Assembly (NCBI GenBank): GCA_002011035.2
Contig: MTLY02000003.1
Location: forward strand, 384,001 to 448,000
From: Candidatus Hecatella orcuttiae
GTDB lineage: Archaea; Thermoproteota; Bathyarchaeia; Hecatellales; Hecatellaceae
Length of the DNA: 64,000 bases
Direction: 5' to 3'
In this document: one piece after another, positions 19,625-29,274 of the stretch
Layout: each line of letters starts with the position of its first letter
Position numbering within the stretch: position 1 is the first letter of the stretch
The notes under the pieces: model-generated
Database searches by the model: none
The model's input: the letters and a program-made list of their open reading frames with translations, nothing else
What the model was told of the DNA's origin: nothing
Program-made: the position numbers and the translations under genes

Positions 19625-20680
19625 CTAGGTTATCAACTTGGAGTCTTTCTTATTCCAACCGATTTTTACCTTCTCCCCAATTCCAAAAATGCCTTCCATG
19701 CCGGGACTGGGCGCTACAACTGAAATGGAGGAACCATTTTCCAGCAAAACTCTGTAGGTGACGACTCGGCCCTGATAATAGGCCTCTTTAACTTCTCCAG
19801 CGAATATATTATCCAACGCGTTTAACTTTCTTCCGATGAAAATTTTCTCCGGCTTGATGGAGACTAAGACTGATCCTTTGGATAGCTGACACTCAGGTGT
19901 GACGGTGATTTTCCCCAGATTATCGACTTCCACTGCCCCATTCTCATACCTCCCTTTGAAAACGTTAGTTCCCCCAATAAAATTAGCCACAAACTCAGAG
20001 TTAGGCTGTTCATAAATCTCGATAGGCGAGCCGATCTGCATGATCTTTCCGGCTTTCATTACGGCTATTTTGTCGGACATCGTTAGAGCTTCTCCTTGGT
20101 CGTGAGTGACGTAGATGAAGGTAGTGCCGACTTCACGTTTAATTCTCTTCAGCTCGACAATCATTTCCTCCCTAAGTTTTAGATCTAATGGTCCCAAAGG
20201 TTCGTCTAGAAGCAATACAGTTGGTTTATTAACCAAAGCCCTTACAATGGCAATTCTTTGTTTTTCGCCGCCGCTCAATTGGCTTATTTTCCTCTTTTCA
20301 TAGCCTGGAAGTCTAACGAGGTCTAACATTTCTTTAACTCTTGCTTTGATTTCGTTTTCCGGTATTTTTTTTATTTTTAATCCGAATGCTATATTTTCAT
20401 AAACGTTGAGGTGAGGGAATAGAGCTAAGCTCTGAAAGACTAGGTTTGTAGGCCTCTTAAAGGGGGGTACATCCGCCATAGGTTCTCCTTCGATGAGTAT
20501 CTCCCCTTCGGTTGGCTTCTCAAAGCCGCTGATCATTCTGAGTATAGTAGTCTTTCCACATCCGGAGGGCCCTAAGAGAGAAAAAAATTGTCCCTTTTCC
20601 ACTTGAAAGGAAACATCGCTAACTGCAACAACATCTCCGAATTTCTTAGTTACGTTTTTCAGTTCAACATCGATCTTCAT
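19625..20680 (-). CDS. Polyamine ABC transporter ATP-binding subunit (PotA-like)
   Basis: GPSGCGKT, LSGGEKQR, LLLDEP, VTHDQ.EA, TOBE-like tail. Confidence 0.9.
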   Translation of the reverse strand: MKIDVELKNVTKKFGDVVAVSDVSFQVEKGQFFSLLGPSGCGKTTILRMISGFEKPTEGEILIEGEPMADVPPFKRPTNLVFQSLALFPHLNVYENIAFGLKIKKIPENEIKARVKEMLDLVRLPGYEKRKISQLSGGEKQRIAIVRALVNKPTVLLLDEPLGPLDLKLREEMIVELKRIKREVGTTFIYVTHDQGEALTMSDKIAVMKAGKIMQIGSPIEIYEQPNSEFVANFIGGTNVFKGRYENGAVEVDNLGKITVTPECQLSKGSVLVSIKPEKIFIGRKLNALDNIFAGEVKEAYYQGRVVTYRVLLENGSSISVVAPSPGMEGIFGIGEKVKIGWNKKDSKLIT

Positions 20681-20796
20681 CTTATCGGACCATTACTGAT
20701 ATATACAGGAAGAAGAATATAAAAATAATCGGTCAAGAAAAAGGCCAAAACATGGAAAGATTAAAACAAACTATGTTCCATTAGTGTTTATGAAAA

Positions 20797-22185
20797 GTGG
20801 AGGATACGCCTCATATGATTCTTTCGTTAGATGAAATTTATAGGAGGACTGAAGATGGTCCGATAGTGGAGGAGGAATATTTCGACAAAAAGCTTTTGCC
20901 CAGAAAACTTCGAGAACTAGCAAAGGAATATGATATTAATTACAATCCGGAAGAGCCCGTTCCAACTGACGACAAGTTAGCTGACGACGTTTTTGAGGCG
21001 GGGAAAAAGTTACTGTGTGATGTAGGTATTCTGTGTGTGGACACAGGTAGGTTGATAAAGTTCTCTGAGGATGAAATTAAAGAAGGACTTAAAGCAGCTC
21101 CAAATAAAATAACCATCGGGCAAGGTGAGAGATCCCGAGAAATAACTGAGAGAAAAGCAGAAGACAAAAAGATACCTTGGCTTGTTCCCGGCCCCAGCGG
21201 AATGCCTATATCAGAGGACTTGGCTAGCGTGATAGCTCAATCCATCGTTCAAGAACCGTTAGCAGAAGGTTACTGGACTCCAACTATTACGAAATATGGA
21301 GGGATGGAGGTAAAACTGCATTCTCCGTTGGAAGTTCTTGCATCAAGATATGAAATTATATCGGCCAAGGAGGGAGTCAGAAAGGCTGGTAAAGAAGGGC
21401 TTCCCATTGTTGGAGGAATGACAGGGTTAAGTCCAGCTGGATTCATCGCTTCTATATTTAATGGAGGATTTACGAGAGGGGACTGTCTTCTCGTAAGCTG
21501 CATGAACGAGTTGAAAATCAACTACGATATCATGACGAAAGTATGGTTCGTTTCAAAATGTAGCGACGTAAACCTGATGTATGATGCCACTCCTCTATTA
21601 GGCGGAATCGCAGGTGGACCGGAAGGCACTGCTTTAGTCTCAGTTGCTCAGGAAATAGAATGCCTGTTGCTGGGAGCAGACCTAAGCGGTGGTAACTCAA
21701 TCGATATTTGGTCTGGAACAAGCTCAGGCAGGAAGACCATGTGGGCCTCTAATTTATTCTTGAACGCCATGAACCGGAACGTCAACGCAATAGAGTATTG
21801 CTACCACTTTGCCGCAGCAGGACCTTGCACAGAAATGCTTCTCTATGAGGGGGCAGCGAAAACCATAAGTGTGGTGGCTGCAGGATACGATTTTCACTGT
21901 GGTCCTTTGGCCTTGAGAGCTGGGAAGGAAGATTACATTTCTCCGTTAGAATTTAGGCTCAGCTGCGAAGTCGCCCATGCCATGGCTGGAATTAAAAGGG
22001 AAAATGCCAATTACTTGATAAAAGAATTATTAGCAAAGTTCGAAGATAAAATTCAAAAACCGCCTCTTGGTAAAAGCTTTACCGAGTGTATGGACTTAAC
22101 TACGCTTCAGCCTTCCAAAGAATGGCAGGCTATCTACGAGAAAGTGAAAAAAGAATTAGAAGACTTGGGAATAAAATTCAAATGA
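20797..22185 (+). CDS. mtmB: MtmB-family monomethylamine:corrinoid methyltransferase homologue lacking pyrrolysine
   Basis: VPTDD.LADDVFEAG, GI.C.DTGRLIKF.EDEI, AGPCTEM, GKSF.EC.D; uninterrupted 462 aa, Val codon GTT (21409-21411) at the aligned Pyl site. Confidence 0.85.
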   Translation: MEDTPHMILSLDEIYRRTEDGPIVEEEYFDKKLLPRKLRELAKEYDINYNPEEPVPTDDKLADDVFEAGKKLLCDVGILCVDTGRLIKFSEDEIKEGLKAAPNKITIGQGERSREITERKAEDKKIPWLVPGPSGMPISEDLASVIAQSIVQEPLAEGYWTPTITKYGGMEVKLHSPLEVLASRYEIISAKEGVRKAGKEGLPIVGGMTGLSPAGFIASIFNGGFTRGDCLLVSCMNELKINYDIMTKVWFVSKCSDVNLMYDATPLLGGIAGGPEGTALVSVAQEIECLLLGADLSGGNSIDIWSGTSSGRKTMWASNLFLNAMNRNVNAIEYCYHFAAAGPCTEMLLYEGAAKTISVVAAGYDFHCGPLALRAGKEDYISPLEFRLSCEVAHAMAGIKRENANYLIKELLAKFEDKIQKPPLGKSFTECMDLTTLQPSKEWQAIYEKVKKELEDLGIKFK

Positions 22186-22246
22186 CCTTTGTATAAGGGG
22201 CGGTCAAAGAAAGTAGCAGGCTTGTCGCGATGCCGCTGTTTCTGGT

Positions 22247-23590
22247 TTACGAACCCCGTATATTTTTGAGAGTGTCATAAGTAGCCTGTATGGTCTTTTG
22301 TATATCTTCCGGCTCATGCATCGCCGAAACCATCCACTCCTCAAACCATGCTGAACCGCTCGGTATTATTCCTCTATTCAACATGTTGATCCAGTATTTA
22401 TTCCACATCGCCGCGTCGCAAGCTGAAGCTTCTCTGTAGTTTTTTGGAACCTTGTCCAATCCGAAGAAGATGCATCCCATCATGGTGCATCTGCCCACAG
22501 CGGCTTTTATACCTGTATCTGCTATGGCGTCTACAACTCCCTTGTACAACTCCTCGCCAAGGTTGTTAATTTTCGCATAGGCATTAGAGGTTAATACCTT
22601 TTTCAGGCAGGCTAAGCCTGCAGCTGTTGAAAGAGGATTGGCGTTATAGGTTCCGTAGTGCACAACACCGCCCAAAGGAGTTATCATCTCCATGTATTCT
22701 CTCTTTCCGCCGAACGCGGCCAGAGGTGATCCGCCGCCGATGGCTTTGGCGAAAGTTACCAAGTCGGGTTCAATACCGTAGAGTTGGCTTCCGCCCCCCT
22801 CAGCTAGATTGCATCCTGTCTTAACTTCATCCAATATTAACAAAATGCCATATTCATCGCAAAGCCTTCTAACTTCCCTGAAATAGTCTTTTTCCGGGGT
22901 TATGATCCCGCTGTTGGTAAGCACAGGCTCGGTTACTATCGCCGCAACTTCGTTTTCATGCTTTTTCAACACTCTTTCCAAGCCGTCGGCATCGTTAAAG
23001 TGAACCACCAAGGTCTGTTCGACGTTCTCCTTCGGTGTGCCCAGCGAGTCGGGAGTGGATGCAGGGTTATGTATCGATCCTAACAGGATGCGTCTTCTGG
23101 GTTTATCGCTTATCAGCAGCACATCGTTTGCTCCATGATAGGAGCCCTCCATCTTAACCACCTTAGTCCTCCCTGTGATTCCTCTGGCAAGCCTAACGGC
23201 ATAGAAAGTTGCTTCCATTCCCGTGTTCGCAAAGCGGAGCATCTCAACATACGGGTACCTTCTCATTATCTCTCTCGCCAATTCATCGGCCCCTTCCCCT
23301 TGAAATCCCAGCAACGTCCCCCGCTCCGCCTGCTCTTTTATCGCTTCAACTATGATGGGGTTAGCGTGACCAGCAGTCATGGCTCCGTAGGCCAGACAAT
23401 GGTCTACATACTCTCTTCCGTCTAAGTCCCATAGCTTGCCGCCCTTTCCCCTTGCCATGTAAAGCGGATAGGGCTTAAAGAATTGGATAGCTGTATTTAC
23501 TCCTCCAGGAATAATCTGAGATAGTTTTTCGAAAAACGCCTTTGAAGCTGGGGTGTTTTTAATATATATATCCTCTTCAGCCAATGCCAC
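22247..23590 (-). CDS. Class III PLP-dependent aminotransferase (GSA-aminomutase-like)
   Basis: IPGGV, DLDGREYVD, GSYHG, LILDEVKTG, TFAKAIGGG (PLP lysine), GTYNANP. Confidence 0.85.
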   Translation of the reverse strand: MALAEEDIYIKNTPASKAFFEKLSQIIPGGVNTAIQFFKPYPLYMARGKGGKLWDLDGREYVDHCLAYGAMTAGHANPIIVEAIKEQAERGTLLGFQGEGADELAREIMRRYPYVEMLRFANTGMEATFYAVRLARGITGRTKVVKMEGSYHGANDVLLISDKPRRRILLGSIHNPASTPDSLGTPKENVEQTLVVHFNDADGLERVLKKHENEVAAIVTEPVLTNSGIITPEKDYFREVRRLCDEYGILLILDEVKTGCNLAEGGGSQLYGIEPDLVTFAKAIGGGSPLAAFGGKREYMEMITPLGGVVHYGTYNANPLSTAAGLACLKKVLTSNAYAKINNLGEELYKGVVDAIADTGIKAAVGRCTMMGCIFFGLDKVPKNYREASACDAAMWNKYWINMLNRGIIPSGSAWFEEWMVSAMHEPEDIQKTIQATYDTLKNIRGS

Positions 23591-24033
23591 GTAAATTCAC
23601 CGTTTTCATTTAACAATCGATGTTTATTTAACATTTTCGACAGGGGGTAGAGGCGGGTCTTTTATTTAATTTTTCAGTTAAAAGGCATCGTCTATGTGCC
23701 GCAATTAATTTATTTCTATTCATAACAAAAATAGGCTCTCTCTTTACCAATTTGCCTTTTATCTTGTCTATACCATCAATTTTCTACTTAGAACTGTGCA
23801 GCTTGATGCATATCTCGGCATAAGTCAATGGACAAACTCCCCTTAAACAACAAGCATTGAGAAAAATATCAAACCTAACTTCAAGATAGACAACAGACTC
23901 CGAATAATTTTTTGGTTAAATTTCTCTCAAAGAAGAAAGGGGGAGGTAATTTGTTAACCCTGCGCATTGCTGAGCTTCATTTCATTTGATCTGCCTGCGG
24001 TGTTGGCAGGATTTTTGATTTGTCGGAGACTGC

Positions 24034-25440
24034 TCAAACTTTCGAGAGTTTCTCGAGGCGTTCTACACAATTAATTTTGATGCCGAGCAGTTCAGCGATC
24101 CTAACTTTAGCTTCGAGTCCTTTCGCTGCACCCGGTAAACCAGTTATAACACCGATGTCAAGTTTTTCCCTAAGCTTTCTCATAGTAAACTCATCACAAA
24201 GCTCTATTGAGGAGACACCTAGCTTTTTAGCGACGTAATCCTTCGCTTCAGGTAGTCTCATTTTCTTTTGCAACTGCATCCTACCAATCAGGTCGCCTGA
24301 TGTTCTGATGCTGCCTATGCCACCGGCTACCAGATGCCCAATGGGCATTCCAATGCAGTCTCCGACACCCACCTAAATGCCATCGACGCCGGCTATCTCG
24401 ATCATAGCTTTGTTCGCTCTAGTTACTGTATCCAACGGTGGTGTTTCTAACATGGGCACGCCGCCTACACCCATTCCCATGTTGGGGTGAACAGGGATAG
24501 TCGCTTCTCTCACGCATGCCTTGGTAAACGTAACCGCCCTGGAGAGATTCCATGGGAAAGTGAGGTGGGGTTTTGTATTTATCACAGGTCCAAATATGTC
24601 GACACCCGCTTTTTCCGCTACTTTAAGTTGTTGATGCGGCCACATTCCAGCCAAACGTTCTCCTGCATATTTCAATTCCGTGTGAAATCCGTGTACAGCC
24701 TCGGTAGCCATACCCATCTGGACAGCTAGGTCGGGGTACACCTTTTTCAATGACTCTGTAGCCGTAAGGGCTGCATAAAAGTCAGGATCTCCCGCCGCTC
24801 CTACTGTATCGATATTTATTCCATCCACGCCTACTCTTCTGAGATGTTTAGCTACATATATTATGGCATCATGACATTCTCGAGCAGCGCCCTCCATAGA
24901 TTTCCTCGCTTCGTCGTTCTTTCCTTCTCTGATCAGAGAGATCGGTTCAGGCCATTGACCATCAGGCTTATAGAAATAGCCTAAGTTGGGCATAGCCATG
25001 AATTCTAGAGGACTGATCGACGTGTGCAGAGTATTGTGGATAACATTCGCCAAATAGCTCACTATTACCTTTGCAGGCTTAAAGCTTCCATCCGATTCAG
25101 GAAATTGTAGTATATCAAGTCCAAGCACCCTTTCAGACAGCGCTCCTTGAGCAATGGAACGTTCAATCGGCATACCTAATCCACTAGTGCCAGAGTCAAT
25201 CCAGAAAGTCGAGCCTCCTGCATCAGCGGACAGGACGACCTCGCATCCATGTTTTACAGCCACAACCTTATTGGCGTCGATGATAATTTCATATAATGTT
25301 TCCAGATCTTCGCCGGTTAATTCGGGTATTTTCGCCCTTTCTGCAGCGTCTTTTGAACCCAATTCTAGGTCGTCTTTGATCTGTTTACCCGTCATGGTGA
25401 TCAGTCTACCATCGCCTCTTCTCGTCAAATGTTCTGGCAT
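24034..25440 (-). CDS. mtbB: Dimethylamine:corrinoid methyltransferase MtbB with in-frame amber (pyrrolysine) codon at 24373-24375
   Basis: Two abutting in-frame ORFs join as ...[22 protein letters not shown]...; TAG is codon 356 of a 468-aa product ending at TGA 24034; SD AGGAGGTGA upstream. Confidence 0.92.
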
Positions 25441-25476
25441 ACGTTCTCACCTCCTTTCTATTTTTATTTGTGAGCA

Positions 25477-26127
25477 TCATTTTTTTAGAAGGCAAGTGCG
25501 GGATGCAAGGAGTCTTTTAGCTTTAACTACAGCATCCATTGCGTCGGCACCCCATTCGTCGGCGCCGATCTCTTTTGCATGCAATTCGGTTGTTGCTCCT
25601 CCGCCCACCATTACTTTAACGTCATCACGAACTCCTGCTTCCTTCAGAGCATCAATTACCTCTCTTTGGGCGATGGCGGTTGTGGTCATGAGAGCGGAAC
25701 AACCTACAAATGCGGGTTTGTGCTTTTTAACTGCCTCTACAAATTTTTCAGCAGCAACATCTCGACCTAGATCGATGACATCGAATCCTTGAGCTTCCAG
25801 CATCGTGGCCACTATACTCTTACCGATGTCATGAATGTCGCCTTCAACTGTACCGATTATGAACTTGGCTTTTTCACCTCTTTTCTTCCTAGGCACTTTT
25901 TTAAGCAAAACGTCCGCAACCTTCTTGATGGCCTCGGCAGAAAGAACTACTTGTGGAAGAAATATCTCTGACCTACCGTATAGATCTCCTACCTGCCTGA
26001 TAGCCTCAGAGGCATGGTCCAACGCCCTTAAAGGTTCAATACCTGCTTTCAGACAAGCCTCAGCGATTTTAACAGCGCCCTCAACATCTTGATTTAAGAT
26101 CGCATTATAGAGCTTATCTAGTTCCAA
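25477..26127 (-). CDS. mtbC: Methylamine corrinoid protein (MtbC-like)
   Basis: B12-binding GTVEGDIHDIGK, SALMTTT, VMVGG; directly upstream of mtbB. Confidence 0.88.
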   Translation of the reverse strand: MELDKLYNAILNQDVEGAVKIAEACLKAGIEPLRALDHASEAIRQVGDLYGRSEIFLPQVVLSAEAIKKVADVLLKKVPRKKRGEKAKFIIGTVEGDIHDIGKSIVATMLEAQGFDVIDLGRDVAAEKFVEAVKKHKPAFVGCSALMTTTAIAQREVIDALKEAGVRDDVKVMVGGGATTELHAKEIGADEWGADAMDAVVKAKRLLASRTCLLKK

Positions 26128-26520
26128 AATTATGCACCCCCTACTTTTTTATATTAAAGTTTTTTTTAAACATAATGTTTCACCCTCTTTTTGGATCTTT
26201 ATTTCAAAATCACTAGCATCTGTCTTCACTTTACAACTTGTTATCGCGGATGTAGCAAATAATTCATTAGCCTACACCGCGGCCTGAAAATATCACTTCT
26301 ACATACTTATCGATGTAGTCCCCTAATTTAGTGGTGTTCATCATAGTCTCGTTGAGTTTTCTCGATCAAAAAATAAGTGAAACGAGTTTTCGGTCTTCTC
26401 GAGGAAGTACGGATATGGTTAAGAATCATAATTCGGCGAGAAAAGGAGTTCCTGTCGGCAGTTTCGCTGGAGAAAAGCATGTCGCCTCAATAATAAGTGG
26501 CAAGGAACTTTTACTAATTA

Positions 26521-26943
26521 TTATGCGCCCAGTTTTTTAACTGTTAATGCGCCTGTGGGGCACCATTCAACACATGCCGGAGAACCTTGACATAGGTCGC
26601 ATATCAGCGGTTTTCGACGTGGTTCATTCATCCTTATCGCCGAGTATGGACATTCTTCAACGCACAATTTGCAGCCTGTGCACTTTTCCTCATCGAGTAT
26701 AACAGCCCCGGTTTTCTCATCTTTTTGGAGTGCTTTCACAGGGCAGACTTGAATACAGGTGGCTTCTTCGCATTGAATGCACGCAACAGGATACACGAGA
26801 GTAGGCGGATAGCTTGTTGCAATGTGGATTCTGGATACTTTCGGATTAAACACTGAGGCTTTTTTGAATGAGCAGATAAGCTCGCATGTTTTACAGTCGG
26901 TGCATTTTTGGCCATCAATCAACAAGCGGATGGAGATAAGCAT
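26521..26943 (-). CDS. 4Fe-4S polyferredoxin subunit associated with AOR
   Basis: Four Cys clusters (CTDCKTC, CIQC..C..CP, CTGCKLC..CP, CDLC..C..CP); start near 26943 after GGAGGTG is uncertain. Confidence 0.85.
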   Translation of the reverse strand: MLISIRLLIDGQKCTDCKTCELICSFKKASVFNPKVSRIHIATSYPPTLVYPVACIQCEEATCIQVCPVKALQKDEKTGAVILDEEKCTGCKLCVEECPYSAIRMNEPRRKPLICDLCQGSPACVEWCPTGALTVKKLGA

Positions 26944-26951
26944 CACCTCCT

Positions 26952-28793
26952 TCACGTTACTAGGTCGGTAAGTTCCAATTCGATAAGCTTCTCCCTCGTA
27001 GGTTCGCCTTCTCGGTTCCACCCTCTCAGTTCATAGTACTCATCGAGCAGCTTAGTCATGTCGTCGGAGGTAACTTTGTGCCCCTTGGCCGGCCCTGAAG
27101 GCAGAGGTTCCCCGGTGAACCGCTTGGGTAAACAGTCGTCTTTCCGCGTAAAGCCTTCGCGAATGTTAAACATGCGGATCAAATTCCATACACGCTCACC
27201 TAGCTTCATAAATTCATCTGCACCTCCCTTCCACCCGGTGGCCAGCGACAACAACTCCGCATAGTGCTCAGGTTGAAGGCCTGTTCGGCTGAAATCGCAG
27301 CAGGGAAGCGTGCAAACAGCCGTAAGCCAATCCTGCTCCCACTTGACGATTTCAGCCTTACCCTTGAGCGAAAGCCGCTCCACGGTGCCGGAGGGTCCGG
27401 GGATTCCCTCAACCTCGTACGCGATCGGCCATCCCCGCTCATGGCAGCCGCCCCTGTCAGCTGTGGCTAGGGCCAGCGCCATTCCCGGGGCTCCCCTGGG
27501 AGGCCACGCCGGCGTCTCCAGCCCCTTGATGCTGACAGCTAAATCTAACGCTCGGCCGCCTATCTTTTCCGAAGCTTGCTTTACGCCTTCAGCCATCAGG
27601 TCGCCTATCCCTTCTCGGCGGGCTATTCTTTCAACAAGCTCAAGCACAGCTTTGGAGTTCCCAAACTTCGGGTTAACCCCTTGGAAATCCTCCGAGGTCA
27701 GAATTCCCTTTTCAAAAAGCTCCATGAAGAAACCTATGACGCCGCCGGTGGATATGGTATCTAACCCCAGTTCATCGCACAGGTAATTTGCGTAAGCCAC
27801 AGCGTCCAGATCCGTGATGCCGCAGTTGGCTCCCAGCAGGCCGGTGGTTTCATATTCCACACCGTCCACCACGGTACCCGCGTAGGGGCCTTTCTTTATC
27901 ATCAGAAGGTGGCCGCATCGAATGGGGCAGGAGAAGCAGGCAACCTTTCTAAAGCGGACGGCCTTGGACTGAATTCTGCCTGAAAGCTTTTCCGCCCCCC
28001 GGATGCTTCCGTCTTGAAAGTTTCTTGTCGGGAAGAAACCTTCAGAGTTGGCGAAATCCACAGACCCCGCGGTTCCGTATTCCGTCCACGTCGCTCGCAC
28101 AGCTTCGCTTTCAACCAGAGCCTTGTGCAGCTTTCTCGCAGCTTTCACAAATTCCTTTGGATTGGCCACCTCCACAGGCTTTGTTCCTCGAACGGCCACA
28201 GCCTTCAGATTCTTTGAGCCCATCACGGCTCCTAGGCCTCCCCTCCCCGCCTGCCGGTAGTCACAGCCGACGCACGCAAACCTGACAAGTCTCTCTCCCG
28301 CCGGTCCGATGCACGCTGTTTTCACCTCGTTGTCGCCGAGCTCTTTTTTGACGGCAAGGGCGGTCTGGGTTATGGTAAGACCCTGAAGGTGGCTGGCGTT
28401 TTTGATTTCCACATGCTCATTGTCGATCCAGATGTAGCTGAGTTTTTCAGCCTTCCCCGTGAGCACCAAGGCATCGTAGCCGGCGTATTTTAGTTCCTGG
28501 CTGAAATAGCCCCCAACATAGCTGTCGCAAAAGGTTCTCGTGAGGGGGGACTTGGAGACCACGATGCCCTTCTGAGCTGGAGCCAGCGTACCTGTCAAAG
28601 GCCCTGTGCTGAATATGAATATGTTTTCAGGGCCAAGGGGATCAGCCTTGGGGGGTAGCTCCTTATACAATATCGCTGCTGCTTGCCCTTTTCCACCGAC
28701 CAGTCTCCTAGCAACAGATAAATCCAATGGCTGCCGGAGTATTCGCCCTGTGGTTAAGTCTATGCAAAGAATATTCCCCTGATAACTATCCAT
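26952..28793 (-). CDS. aor: Tungsten-dependent aldehyde:ferredoxin oxidoreductase
   Basis: KSPLT, GRGGLGAVMGSKNLKA, CFSCPIRC, EYET, GLDTIS, RGGCH. Confidence 0.9.
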   Translation of the reverse strand: MDSYQGNILCIDLTTGRILRQPLDLSVARRLVGGKGQAAAILYKELPPKADPLGPENIFIFSTGPLTGTLAPAQKGIVVSKSPLTRTFCDSYVGGYFSQELKYAGYDALVLTGKAEKLSYIWIDNEHVEIKNASHLQGLTITQTALAVKKELGDNEVKTACIGPAGERLVRFACVGCDYRQAGRGGLGAVMGSKNLKAVAVRGTKPVEVANPKEFVKAARKLHKALVESEAVRATWTEYGTAGSVDFANSEGFFPTRNFQDGSIRGAEKLSGRIQSKAVRFRKVACFSCPIRCGHLLMIKKGPYAGTVVDGVEYETTGLLGANCGITDLDAVAYANYLCDELGLDTISTGGVIGFFMELFEKGILTSEDFQGVNPKFGNSKAVLELVERIARREGIGDLMAEGVKQASEKIGGRALDLAVSIKGLETPAWPPRGAPGMALALATADRGGCHERGWPIAYEVEGIPGPSGTVERLSLKGKAEIVKWEQDWLTAVCTLPCCDFSRTGLQPEHYAELLSLATGWKGGADEFMKLGERVWNLIRMFNIREGFTRKDDCLPKRFTGEPLPSGPAKGHKVTSDDMTKLLDEYYELRGWNREGEPTREKLIELELTDLVT

Positions 28794-28840
28794 ATCTTAT
28801 CATTACCAATTATCCGTTTAAAAAATTTAGTGGTAGAGAA

Positions 28841-28993
28841 TCGGCGCCCCCCCTGCCTACACCATGGCCTGAATATCCCTTCTACATACCCATTGGTGTA
28901 GTCCTCTCTCTGATAGCATTCGTCGTAGTCTCCTTGATAACTCGTCCAATACCAGAAGAAAGGCTGCAGAGATTTTTCCCGACCAAAAAGTAG
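28841..28993 (+). pseudogene. Orphan C-terminal fragment resembling a sodium:solute symporter
   Basis: IPIGVVLSLIAFVVVSLITRPIPEERLQRFF; no N-terminal part because it abuts the aor upstream region. Confidence 0.4.
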
Positions 28994-29274
28994 AAAATGA
29001 AAAGACTTTCCAACCCCCTCAAGAAAGTATACGTATGGCTGAGAATGATTGGTTCGACGAAAGAAAGAATCCCCTCAGCAACTTCGCCAGAGAAAAACAG
29101 CTACTCTAAATTTACCACGGACTACGGGGCTATGCAGGGTTTTTAAGAAACCTGTCAAGATTCCGAATGGCATCGGTGAAATCGATGAAGAATTATGTTA
29201 AATATGGGTAAGGCTGATAAACGCTTGATGAAGGTGTTTTATTAATTCAAAGCAGACTAATCTTAAGAATACGA

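Noticed and set aside
22247-23590. Calling the aminotransferase hemL
   Set aside because: It is GSA-like in family but has no tetrapyrrole gene context; the substrate cannot be assigned.
24034-24372. Separate 112-aa ORF, or mtbB as a nonsense pseudogene
   Set aside because: It is the in-frame continuation after a TAG at the known Pyl position; there is no gap or separate ribosome-binding site.
29095-29140. CTCTAAA as a possible tRNA-Pyl anticodon loop
   Set aside because: No flanking anticodon stem, T-arm or acceptor stem; I found no pylT in the island intergenic regions by eye.
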